A stretch of DNA of 63,316 bases, filler included, from Licmophora abbreviata (taxonomy: Eukaryota): NCBI GenBank assembly GCA_900291995.1. It is 10 parts of 10 records of this genome, joined end to end, with 100 filler letters (N's around TTAATTAATTAA, not from the genome) between each part and the next. Parts side by side here need not be neighbours in the genome. Positions count along the whole stretch, not along the records: positions 1 to 3,882 come from OLMU01004854.1; positions 3,983 to 11,713 come from OLMU01004855.1; 8 more parts are not named here. One strand, given 5' to 3'. Every line of letters starts with the position of its first letter. The first letter of the stretch is position 1. Made by a program: the position numbers and the translations under genes. Under the pieces are notes generated by a model that was not told the DNA's origin, made no database searches, and saw only the letters and a program-made list of their open reading frames with translations. This document shows positions 1 to 10,266 of the stretch, piece by piece.

Positions 1-686
1 GCGGGTCTTTGGTCTTCTTGTTGCAGTAGTGGACGTTGTGCCATACTTGTAGTCGCTGCTGTTGTACGGAAGGATGATGATGACATACCGGCGGAAGTAC
101 CAACAGGACGAGTGCTACTACTACTAGTAGTAGTGCGACTCGTAGCAGTGTTGTTGCTGTTGTTGTCATGATGAGGCTCACCCGCCGCGGGGTGTCGTTG
201 ACGATGAAGCTTTCCCAAGAGATGATTGATTGACGCATAGGGCGCCTCCTCTTGACTGCTGATAGCTGGATGGTGTCGTTCTTGATCCGATGTGTCTTGT
301 CCCGGTGATTGTTGTTGTAGGTTGCTGCTGCTGTCAGAATGTGCATTGTACACGACGACTTCTTGATAAAATCCATTGTGCATGCGCAGTCGCTTGAAGG
401 CCTTTGTGGCATCGTCGTCACTATCACTCGTCTCGGAAGAAAACGAAGAGGTGGGATGATGTCGTTTGATCATGCTGCTACTTTGTGGCTTATAATGCGC
501 TAGCCATGACGACGACACTGTCTCGGTGACAGGAGGTTCGTTGTCTTCTTCTTCTTCTTCTTCTTGAACACGCAGTCGTTTGAAGGATTGGAGTGAGGAG
601 GATATCAAGAGCGACGAAGATTCTTCGTCAGGGTTGTAGGGTCGTTTCCGAAAGAAAGAGTGTGGAGCAGCAAGAGGATTCATCAT
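1..686 (-). CDS. Hypothetical low-complexity protein, 3' end runs off the window
   Basis: Stop-free minus-strand frame from ATG 686 (MMNPLAAPHSFFRKRP...) to the window edge. It has repeated FKRLR basic motifs and a YASINHLLGKLHRQR helix. It is not in the ORF track. Confidence 0.6.
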   Translation of the reverse strand, partial: MMNPLAAPHSFFRKRPYNPDEESSSLLISSSLQSFKRLRVQEEEEEEDNEPPVTETVSSSWLAHYKPQSSSMIKRHHPTSSFSSETSDSDDDATKAFKRLRMHNGFYQEVVVYNAHSDSSSNLQQQSPGQDTSDQERHHPAISSQEEAPYASINHLLGKLHRQRHPAAGEPHHDNNSNNTATSRTTTSSSSTRPVGTSAGMSSSSFRTTAATTSMAQRPLLQQEDQRP

Positions 687-1349
687 TCAATGGTGCTGGA
701 GCAGTACTTGTATATAAGAAAGGCTGGTTCGAACTCACGCCGCCGTCGTTCGTGTGATGTGAAAACTGAAAACTCTTTGTATTTTTCAATGATGAGACTG
801 ACTCTCTCTTTCTCTCCGTCCCTGCTGTAGAAACTGAGGCTCAGAATACGTTTCAGCGAGTCGTCTTCTCGTTCGTGTACACTTCAATAGACATCAAACA
901 ACGCCGTGTGTGAGTGTGCTGAAATCGTGTTGTCATCATCGTGAGAAGAATTTTGAGGGATGTTTGGTTTCGATTTGCCGAAGTCCAACGACGACGATCG
1001 ACAGACCTCGCATAGCTCGCAATCCGTTGAGTCCGAGGAGTCAAGTCGTGTCGTCTCCCACAACGATATTTGATTGGCTGTCGTCCGAAGTCAGTCCATT
1101 TCTACGTGAAACTGTCGTAGATTGTAGATTTACGTAGTCCAGTCCGTCAGTCAGTCGGTAATGTGAGCAATCGGTGCCAAATCCATCGAATCTTTTGGCG
1201 CCAATCATGTTTGACACAATCGTTGACAAAAGGATACACGACGACGACGAAGAAGAAGAACACGTACTTGCTGTTCTTGTTCTTGTTTTCTTGTTGTTCC
1301 ATTCGTTATTTTTGAAGCTCTTCTTGCAACGAACTAAAGAGAACCAAGC

Positions 1350-3010
1350 ATGGCCAAGTTTACTTCTGCTGCCCTCTTGTGTGTGCTTGCCAGTGAGTAT
1401 CTGACTACGAGAGATTCCAGCGTGTCTTGTCCTCCAGTTTCCACCAATATGCGACGGCCGTACTCACGATGATTATACTTTAACTCTTTTCCTATCATCT
1501 ACATATACAGCCACGGCAGCCGCCTTTTCTCCCGTCTCTCCTGTCTTTGGAACTCGAACAACTGCTGCTACTTCGTCCTCCAGCCTTTCCATGGCCAAGA
1601 TTTCCAACGTGAAGGCTCGTGAAATCTTGGATTCGCGTGGAAATCCCACTGTGGAGGTACGTACCAGTCCGTCCCTCTTGCACTTCATTCTCGTGATGAT
1701 GCTCATCCTAGTTCTTCTTTTCCTTTGAAATTTACACTCACGTGTAGGTCGAACTGACTACCGAAGACGGTACCTTTGTCGCTTCCGTCCCCTCTGGCGC
1801 CAGTACAGGCGCCTACGAGGCCGTCGAACTCCGCGACGGCGGGGACCGCTACATGGGCAAGGGCGTCCTGCAGGCCGTCGGCAACGTCAATGACGTCCTG
1901 GGACCGGCCGTTCTGGGGATGGATGTGACGCAACAGCAATCGATCGATGATGTCATGTTGAAGGTCGACGGAACTCCCAACAAGGCCAATATGGGCGCGA
2001 ACGCCATTCTCGGGGTGTCGCTCGCGGCAGCCAAGGCTGGAGCGGCGGCCAATGGTATCCCGCTCTATGCGCACTTTGCCAAGCTGGCGGGAAACGACTT
2101 GGAGCAGTATACTATGCCTGTGCCGTGTTTTAATGTAATCAATGGTGGATCGCATGCGGGAAACAAGTTGGCCTTTCAAGAGTACTTTGTTATCCCCACC
2201 GGTGCCAAGGACTTTGCGGAAGCCATGCAAATTGGATGTGAGGTCTACCACAACTTGGGCAAGATCATCAAGGCCAAGTTTGGTGGTGATGCCACCTTGA
2301 TTGGGGATGAGGGTGGATTTGCGCCGCCCTGTGACAACCGAGCGGGGTGTGAACTCATCATGGAAGCGCTCAAGAAGGCGGGATACGAAGACAAGTGCAA
2401 GATTGGGCTCGATGTGGCTGCTTCGGAATTCAAGGTCAAGGGAGAAGACAAGTATGACTTGGATTTCAAGTACGATGGGGATCTCGTGTCGGGAACGGAA
2501 CTGGGCGATTTGTACCAGAGTCTTGCTGCCGACTTTCCCATTGTGACGATTGAGGATCCCTTTGACGAGGATGACTGGGAGAACTGGTCCAAGTTTACTA
2601 CCAAGAACAAGGATCAATTCCAGATTGTCGGTGATGACTTGACCGTGACCAACATTGAAAAGATTGAACGTGCTATCGATGAAGGCGCCTGCACGTGTCT
2701 TTTGCTCAAGGTGAACCAGATTGGGTCTGTCAGTGAGTCGATTGCTGCTGTAACCAAGGCCAAGCAGGCAGGATGGGGTGTCATGACGAGCCACCGCAGT
2801 GGCGAGACGGAAGATACCTACATTGCCGATTTGGCGGTCGGACTTTGCACTGGACAGATAAAGACGGGAGCTCCCTGCCGATCGGAGCGTCTCGCCAAGT
2901 ACAATCAGCTACTTCGTATTGAAGAGGAGCTGGGTGCGGAGAACACTGTGTACGCTGGAGAAGGATTCCGTACGACCGCTTGGATGGGCGAAGTCCTGAC
3001 GAAGGCCTAA
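1350..3010 (+). CDS. ENO: Enolase, plastid-targeted (3 exons: 1350-1392, 1511-1656, 1748-3010)
   Basis: Splicing two GT-AG introns gives a [22 protein letters not shown] bipartite leader, then [42 protein letters not shown] and [24 protein letters not shown]. Confidence 0.97.
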
Positions 3011-3577
3011 TGAGAAGGACGCAGTGAAGTACGTAGCAGTATGAGATATACGTACTCCTTATTTGTCACGTTTCTTGATAGGCAAGCATGTGGGACTGTG
3101 CATATTAGATCAGTCTCCAATGTCTCAATGCCATGCAATGGAAGCATTCCACAAATATTCGGCTGTTCCAATACCGGTACGTGCGGCATTGGACAACGAT
3201 TGCTCTGTCACGATCGTAACCTAGCCTCCGGTTGATGTGGATGAATTTCAAATTGGAGAAAGTGACCTCTCATTGCAATGATTGTTTAACAATCCCTGCC
3301 TCACCCCATCCTTTGGGAAGATGAGACGCCCGGTACCGATCACTTATGGCACGTCATCAACGACGAGGAAGCCGTTGTCATTGGTATCATACCACAAAGA
3401 GGGCCCTTCAGCTCCGCTCTGCATACTATACGTCCCCTCTTTTTGCCCTTTGACCCTCTCGCTGCTACTTCCTCGACTGTAGATTGGTAGAAAGAGAGGA
3501 GAGAAGACCGAGAGCCGCCGAAAATCCCATCGAAAACGTCTTTTGGCCACAGAAATTCCACTCCTCCGCTGAAGATC

Positions 3578-4946
3578 ATGCCGCGAGAAACGAGGCTGTG
3601 CGAGTTCGCGCCGGATCATGCTCTTATCGGGTCATTCATCCGCGATCGTAACTGGGGGAAGGCCAATGAAGTTCTTCAAGCCTCTAAGGAACAAGTCAGT
3701 GTTGACTTTCTCTTAGATCGAGTTAATCGGGTGTCATGCGATGCATCTTGCCCTCCTCATTTTGCGCGACTCATCCTATCCAAGCTCCAAGACACCCCAT
3801 GGTGGGACTGCTACTATACGCTCCAAGGGCAGCCTGCTTGGGAATTCTCACGTGTATTGCTTTGCAACTCCTTGTACAAAGGNNNNNNNNNNNNNNNNNN
3901 NNNNNNNNNNNNNNNNNNNNNNNNNNTTAATTAATTAANNNNNNNNNNNNNNNNNNNNNNNNNNNNNNNNNNNNNNNNNNNNTTCCTCTGTGACTTGCAA
4001 GGAGTTTGCCAAGGTTTTCCTCGGGCCTGAAGAACGTCATCTAGAATGGGTACAGGTCGAGATTGTTCGCTTGTGGCGCAAATTTCTTACCAGTGAGGGT
4101 TCACCGGCGGAACTGAATCCGAAAAGAAGGACAGAACTCCTTCAAGTCTCATCTTTGCAGGATCTCGAGCAATATCCGGAGCTATACGACATCTGGGCAA
4201 AGACCGAGTTGCTTCTGAAAGGAGTCCTGCGCAAGGAGCTCGATGACCCTTCGGAAGGACCGTGGCTCGTAACCCACACCCTCGCCGAAGTCGACTGCCC
4301 TTCCATTCTTATTTGGCTCGCCCTAAAGATATACCCTGAACAGACATGGACGCACGATCATCTTGGTAGACTTCCTCTCCACTACGCCGCTCAGCATATT
4401 CCGACCAAGCCGTTGAAACTCACCTACACTGGAGAACTTTCTTCGGCAAACGAGTTTCCGTTTACACTGCTGCTCCGTGCCTTTCCAGAGGGTGCCAGCT
4501 TTGCTGATAGTAGCGGAAAGCGCCCTCTGAATCATGCCTTGGATCTGTTTGGTATCACAGATCTGGATCACGGCTCCAAGGAGCGTATTATCCAATGGCT
4601 GGTGAACGCGCTCATCGCTGCCGTGCCGGAAACCCTTGTGAAGCGTGAGTGCGTCACCCGCTTGTATCCCTACCAACAAGCTGCAGTGAAAGATGCTCCG
4701 CTGGATGTCGTCTATAGGCTTTTGGTAGGAAATCCTGCTGTTGTGCAGTATCGTGCCCGATCCTGGCTGGAGAAAGCAAACGAGTCGCTCTTGGCGGACA
4801 AGGACAGATTGAAGGAGCGGGTTGCTAGACTGCAGGAGGAGCTCCTCCGGTACAAGTCGGAATCTCCAACTACTCTCAAGCGCAAAACGGACGAATCGCC
4901 CGAACGCGACACCCCTCTGTCCAAGAGACTGTGCAGTAGCCCTTGA
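3578..4946 (+). CDS. Ankyrin-like 'GRLPLHYAA' family protein, tandem copy 1 (interrupted by an assembly gap)
   Basis: The 5' part (3578-3882) aligns with the N-termini of copies 2 and 3 (CPP motif, W..A..L). The 3' part has GRLPLHYAA, GKRPLNHAL, TRLYPYQQAA, a coiled coil and a basic tail. Confidence 0.8.
3883..3982. other. Artificial scaffold spacer (44N-TTAATTAATTAA-44N)
   Basis: Identical 100-nt spacers also occur at 11714-11813, 15489-15588, 23589-23688, 36819-36918, 44444-44543, 48301-48400, 57057-57156 and 59699-59798. The core gives stops in all six frames. Confidence 0.99.
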
Positions 4947-5365
4947 ATCGTCGTGGCGAGCGGCGTCTTTGTGATTGTGCATGCAGCCTCTACTTTGCAA
5001 GCTTTGTTTGCTGGGACTAGGGAAACCTGCAACGTAGGTAGAAGCAAGGTGGGCGTTTCGTAGTGAACTATCATGATGACAGTATGATACCAGTCATGTA
5101 GAAGTAGGAGATTAATGTAGTGCAAGTCTGTCAATTTGAAATGGACCGAGACAGCGCGTCCACGCGCGCTGCAACCTAGGAGTGACTTTTGCGACAGAAC
5201 ACCGTGGACATGGCGACATGGCACATCTTCTCGTAACAGTTGCTCTGTTGCTTCTTCTCTGTCCGGCGTTCCTCTGTTGCTCTCCTTGACCGTTGCTTGG
5301 CTTGACAGGTCAATCGGAAGAAAGCCCCTGAAAGAAGGTCGAAACTGCTTTCGTCGTCGTCCAAG

Positions 5366-6706
5366 ATGGCCCCGGGCTATTGGCACTTGACTACTGCGGG
5401 AGTGGACGATGCGCCGAGAGATGCCGTCACAGACTTTCTCAATGCCCATGAATGGGAGAGGGCCTCGGATCTTCTCGACTCGTTCGATGACGAGTTTGGG
5501 ACTGGATTTCTCTTGTCCTCTCTTCTTTTCCTGGCCAAGAAAGCCGCTTGCCCGCCTCGTCCTGTCCGAATCATGCTCACCATGCTGCAGAAAAACGTTT
5601 GGTGGATAGGCTATCGTGGGTACGAGACGGAGAACTGTTGTGCTCTCGCGCACGAAATTTTCGGGTATTCTTATATGAACAACTCCACGGAAACCTTCAA
5701 GGAGTTCGCCAAGTTCCTTGGGATCAGTTGCTACAACAAGAAGGATATGCGATGGGCTCTAGGCGGGATCATCAAGTTGTCTACAACGCTTCTTCTGAGC
5801 AGCCCGGACAAGAAGCTGCTTGCCAACATAGAGAGCGAGATCCTCCAAGTGCACTCGGTGCAGGACCTCGAGCACTCTATCAAACTACGCCAGGTCTGGA
5901 CAAAGACGGAGCTGCTGCTGCAATCAACCTTTCACAAGGACCTCGATGACCCTTCCGCGGACCACCCGTGGCTAGTCACTCACGCCCTTGTCGAATTCGA
6001 CAGTCCTTGCTTGCTTGTTTGGCTGGCTTTGAGAATGTATCCTGAACAGGCACGGACGCGAGATCATCTCGGTAGACTTCCTCTCCACTACGCCGCACAG
6101 CGCGCTCCAACCAATTTCATGGCTCTAGACTACGACACTGGAGAGCTTTCCGCGACCAAAGAGTACCCGTTTACTCTGTTGCTCCGCGCCTTTCCAGAGG
6201 CTGCCACGCTTGCTGACAGTAGCGGCAAACGCCCTCTCAACTATGCCTTGGATCTCTTGGTTGACACCAATCTTACGACCACGTCGAAGGACTGTATTGT
6301 CGAGCATTTGGTGGACCCGCTCATTGCTGCCGTGCCGGAAACCCTTGCAAAGCGTGAGCGCAGCACCCGCTTGTATCCCTACCAACAAGCTGCAGTGAAA
6401 GATGCTCCGCTAGACGTCGTCTTCAAGCTTTTGGTAGGGAATCCTTCCGCTATTCACTGTCGCGATCGCTCTTGGGTCGAGAAAGAAAACGAGTCACTAT
6501 TGGCGGAGAATGATGCGTTGAAGGGCAAGATCAGTGAGCAATCGACAGACGTTGTCCGGTTGGCGGAAGAAGTTGCTAGACTAGAAAAGGAGCTCGCCAT
6601 GGAGCCCAACAGCTGCAAGCGAGAAGCTCCCATCACTCTGAAGCGAGAAAAGGACGAGGAACCCGACGACGACACTCCTCTTTCCAAGAGATCGTATGGG
6701 GCTTGA
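5366..6706 (+). CDS. Ankyrin-like 'GRLPLHYAA' family protein, tandem copy 2
   Basis: Intronless 446-aa ORF, paralogous to both neighbours. C-terminal coiled coil and a KR...KR bipartite-NLS-like tail. Confidence 0.85.
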   Translation: MAPGYWHLTTAGVDDAPRDAVTDFLNAHEWERASDLLDSFDDEFGTGFLLSSLLFLAKKAACPPRPVRIMLTMLQKNVWWIGYRGYETENCCALAHEIFGYSYMNNSTETFKEFAKFLGISCYNKKDMRWALGGIIKLSTTLLLSSPDKKLLANIESEILQVHSVQDLEHSIKLRQVWTKTELLLQSTFHKDLDDPSADHPWLVTHALVEFDSPCLLVWLALRMYPEQARTRDHLGRLPLHYAAQRAPTNFMALDYDTGELSATKEYPFTLLLRAFPEAATLADSSGKRPLNYALDLLVDTNLTTTSKDCIVEHLVDPLIAAVPETLAKRERSTRLYPYQQAAVKDAPLDVVFKLLVGNPSAIHCRDRSWVEKENESLLAENDALKGKISEQSTDVVRLAEEVARLEKELAMEPNSCKREAPITLKREKDEEPDDDTPLSKRSYGA

Positions 6707-7124
6707 ATGCAAGAGGCAGTGGGTCTCTCGAAGATCTACGTCATCTTGGTGATTGCGTAAGATACTTCTAGTTCATGATTACATAAATGCTGCTTGTCCG
6801 TCTTCACTTTTGTCTGCCACTGTGGAAGCTCGTCATGGGGCTACAACAAGTGATGGGTGATGAAACGAGGCGTAATTGAAATAATGAGACGCCCGGTACT
6901 GGTTATATAGACAAGACGACGCGCAGACATGCTTGAGACACGATCCAGCGCGAAGAGCGCATGAAAGTCTATCATTGTCTCACGGCACAGTGTGTCCTTG
7001 CAGCTCCGCGTTGCTTCTCTGTTCGGCTGCTATCATACTACTCGAGTACTGGACTGTTGATTGGAGGGTCGAGAGGAAGGAATCCCTAGCGCCGCCTTAT
7101 CTACGATCGAATCCGTTTTGAATC

Positions 7125-8483
7125 ATGTCCCAAGAGTTCTCGTACGCGGATAGCGAAAGCCTCGAAGCGTTCATCAACGGCCGTGATTGGGAGAAGGCAT
7201 GTGATCTGCTTGCATCTTCCGATGAGTTTGCCACTGACTTTCTCCTGAACGGTCTTCGGACTGTGTCAAGGACTGTGTCATGCGAAGTATCGTGCCCTCC
7301 TCGTTTTGTCCGGATGATGCTAGCCAAGCTCCAGAACCATCCTTGGTGGCACGGCTATAGATCCTTGCTTGATTCACAACTGGATCTGGGCTGTAAGCAG
7401 CAAGGTCGCCAGTTTCTTACTAATTCTTTTGCGTATGGATCCGCTGATGCGTTCAAGGAGTTCGCCAAGGTCCTTGTGAAGGGCGTCGACAAGAGCGATA
7501 TAAACTGGGCGCGACGCGAGGTCGCTCGCTTGTGGCTCAAAGTTGCTACGAACCAGGACAGTCCGACCAAGCTGCACCCGCAAGTAGAGAAAGAAGTCCT
7601 TCAACTGCATTCGGTGCAGGATCTCGAGCAGTTCCCCTGGCTACGCCAGAGCTGGACAAAGACCGAGCTGCTGCTGCAAGCAATGTTGCTCAAGGACCTC
7701 GATGACCCATCCACGATTGCACCGTGGCTCAAAGACTTCGGTTGCCCATCCGCGGATGCACCGTGGCTAGTCACCCACGCCCTCGCCGAACTCGACTTCC
7801 CTTCGCTTCTTCTCTGGCTCGCCCTGAGAATGCAGCCTGAACAGGCATGGACGCGAGATCATCTAGGTAGACTTCCTCTCCACTACGCCGCACAGCACGA
7901 TCCAACAAATTGTATCCCTCTCGACTGCACCGGAGAACTGTCTCCTGCCAACGAGTACCCGTTTACTCTGCTGCTCCGCGCCTTTCCAGAGGCTGCCACG
8001 CTTGCTGACAGTAGCGGCAAACGCCCTCTCAACTATGCATTGGATCTCTTTGGTGACAAAGGTCTAAATCGCTGGTCAAAGGACTGTATTGTCGAGCATT
8101 TGGTGGACCCGCTCATCGCTGCCGCGCCGGAAACTCTTGCAAAGCGTGAGCGAGGCACCCGCTTGTATCCCTACCAACAAGCTGCAGTGAAAGATGCTCC
8201 GCTGGACGTCGTGTACAAGCTTCTGGTAGGGAATCCTTCCATTATTCACAGTCGTGATCGGTCTTGGGTCGAGAAAGAAAACGCGTCGCTATTGGCGGAG
8301 AATGATGCGTTGAAGGGCAAGATCAGTGAGCAATCGACAGACGTTGTCCGGTTGGCGGAAGATGTTGCTAGACTAGAAAAGGAGCTCGCCAAGCAGTACA
8401 GCGTGAAAGCTCCTACCCCTACAAAACGCAAGAAGGAAGAGGATCCAGACGATGTCCCCGGTTCTAAAAGGAGTGGTGAGTGA
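7125..8483 (+). CDS. Ankyrin-like 'GRLPLHYAA' family protein, tandem copy 3
   Basis: 452-aa ORF. The 3' half is nearly identical in DNA to copy 2. Internal 39-bp duplication at 7692-7769. Confidence 0.85.
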   Translation: MSQEFSYADSESLEAFINGRDWEKACDLLASSDEFATDFLLNGLRTVSRTVSCEVSCPPRFVRMMLAKLQNHPWWHGYRSLLDSQLDLGCKQQGRQFLTNSFAYGSADAFKEFAKVLVKGVDKSDINWARREVARLWLKVATNQDSPTKLHPQVEKEVLQLHSVQDLEQFPWLRQSWTKTELLLQAMLLKDLDDPSTIAPWLKDFGCPSADAPWLVTHALAELDFPSLLLWLALRMQPEQAWTRDHLGRLPLHYAAQHDPTNCIPLDCTGELSPANEYPFTLLLRAFPEAATLADSSGKRPLNYALDLFGDKGLNRWSKDCIVEHLVDPLIAAAPETLAKRERGTRLYPYQQAAVKDAPLDVVYKLLVGNPSIIHSRDRSWVEKENASLLAENDALKGKISEQSTDVVRLAEDVARLEKELAKQYSVKAPTPTKRKKEEDPDDVPGSKRSGE

Positions 8484-8791
8484 CCCTTGAAACATACGAA
8501 GTAAAATGATTGGACTTTCGGCGTGAGGAACCACGTGAACACTCCGGTGGTCGTGTATGAAAGTTTGCAATCATCTTGTGGGCTCTCCCAGTATCCGTGC
8601 GATTCGATTCTCTATGCTATATGATTCCATGCACACGGACGGAAAGCATATTATGTGTAGGATGCCGGTGCTTTACTTTATAAATCAACACGCGAGTCAA
8701 TCTCTACTGGCCCTCAATTTTCATCCGCGGCAATCAAATGTCAAGATTGTAGAAATCCCGTTCTACTAGTAGTAGGATAGGACTAGCATGC

Positions 8792-9823
8792 TTACTTTCG
8801 AACCGCAAAGATGGAGTAGACGTGAAAGGTCTGCAGAGAGAGAGAATCCTCCTGTTCCACAACAGTTTTGAATCCTTTCGACTTGAGCAGCTTGTCAAGC
8901 TTTTCCACTCGTCCATCCATATCGTGAACTTCCATGACGACCTGTTGAACCTTGTTCCAGTCCGCATCCGAGACTCCTCCAATGACTAAATGTTCCGCCC
9001 CTTCCACGTCTACCTTGAGTAGGTCAATGCGGTCAATCTTCTGTTCCTTGACTACTGCCGATACAGTGTCCAACTTGCAGTCCACCCAGCGTCCATGAAT
9101 AAGGTCGACCAGCATGTGAAAGGTAATGGGAAGGACGGCGAGAGAGGCCGCCGCGATGAACCCTAGGACGGGGATCCGGAAGAAGGCTTGGATTCGATCG
9201 GCGGTGGGTTGACTGATAAGCTCCGCCCTCTTGATATCATGCACCAAGCAGCATAGGGCATGAACAGGGTCCTTGATCATGGAATTGGTCATGATTTTTC
9301 CAAATTCTCCCTCGTCATTCTCACTGCGACCCATGACGGTAAAGACAGGATTTTGCTTGAACTTGAGACGACCCGGTGCATCGGAGAGTCCCATTTCATT
9401 CGTCTGGACAGTCGACTTGCTCTTGGGATGATTGTTCAACCACGTCTGTACATTCCTAGACAAGTTCTGGTAGGTAAAAGGGACTGGTTCAAAGCAGTGG
9501 ACGTGAATGTTGGAAAAACGTTCGAGGAGCGATACAACGAAGAAGCCATTGTTGGCACCGACATCCAAGACCGTGTCTCCCTCCTTGACTGAGACACCGT
9601 GGGATAGATAAATAATGCCCGTGTCGGCAAAGAATTCGCGTTTGAGGGCCAAGAATTCACCGTAGCCACTCCCGCACCAGAGCGAGAGGCCTTCCTCGTT
9701 GACCTTGTAGAGGTGAGGTTGGCCCATGGAGATGATGCGCCACACGAGGGCCACCGCGAAGAGAGCTAGGGCCGAAGTGGCGGCCGACCAGGCAGAGAAC
9801 TCGCGGAGAATGGCTTCGATCAT
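8792..9823 (-). CDS. FkbM-family SAM-dependent methyltransferase with N-terminal membrane anchor
   Basis: VLDVGANNG (motif I), HCFEP, IDLLKVDVEGAE..V..G and QVVMEVH are FkbM hallmarks. Hydrophobic N-terminus after ATG 9823. Confidence 0.9.
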   Translation of the reverse strand: MIEAILREFSAWSAATSALALFAVALVWRIISMGQPHLYKVNEEGLSLWCGSGYGEFLALKREFFADTGIIYLSHGVSVKEGDTVLDVGANNGFFVVSLLERFSNIHVHCFEPVPFTYQNLSRNVQTWLNNHPKSKSTVQTNEMGLSDAPGRLKFKQNPVFTVMGRSENDEGEFGKIMTNSMIKDPVHALCCLVHDIKRAELISQPTADRIQAFFRIPVLGFIAAASLAVLPITFHMLVDLIHGRWVDCKLDTVSAVVKEQKIDRIDLLKVDVEGAEHLVIGGVSDADWNKVQQVVMEVHDMDGRVEKLDKLLKSKGFKTVVEQEDSLSLQTFHVYSIFAVRK

Positions 9824-10266
9824 GGTTCGTGGAACAGAATTGAAGCAATCACACAATGACAATGAAGGGTACCGATACACACCAAACAAAATTGAAACGA
9901 AAACTGAAAACTGTGGCGACCACGAAAAAAGCTGTGAAGCGTTGGTTGTCCGTGGACAATAAATATACTATATTCAAGTCTTAGTAAGCATAAAAGACTA
10001 GTCAAGCGTGCCGGCGCGATCATCAATTTTGGGCACAAAAAAGCTCGATGAAAAAATGATGAGATGGCCAAAAACTAAAATCCAAAATCACAAATTCGAA
10101 AATGGCGGCGCACATCAGCTGTGCATGCACCATCGCCATCACCACCATTCACGTTGCTCTTGAGAGATTGCTCCTGATTGTGTAGACAGCGTCAGTGGGT
10201 TCTCCTGCTGTATCCTGCGTTTCAAGAAAAGTAAGTAGATCCTGTCTTGGTGGTGCAACGAGCAAA

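Noticed and set aside
790..1160. Scattered GACTGACT/GTCAGTC words in intergenic regions
   Set aside because: Short and low-complexity; enrichment cannot be shown without genome-wide counts.
1703..2794. 363-aa antisense ORF over enolase, and similar long shadow ORFs (4323-5653, 10972-11643, 45766-46791)
   Set aside because: Opposite-strand shadows of real genes caused by codon bias; no recognisable motifs.
3883..3982. Recurrent TTAATTAATTAA palindrome and ORFs ending in X...LIN
   Set aside because: Artificial gap spacer with stops in all frames, repeated identically nine times.
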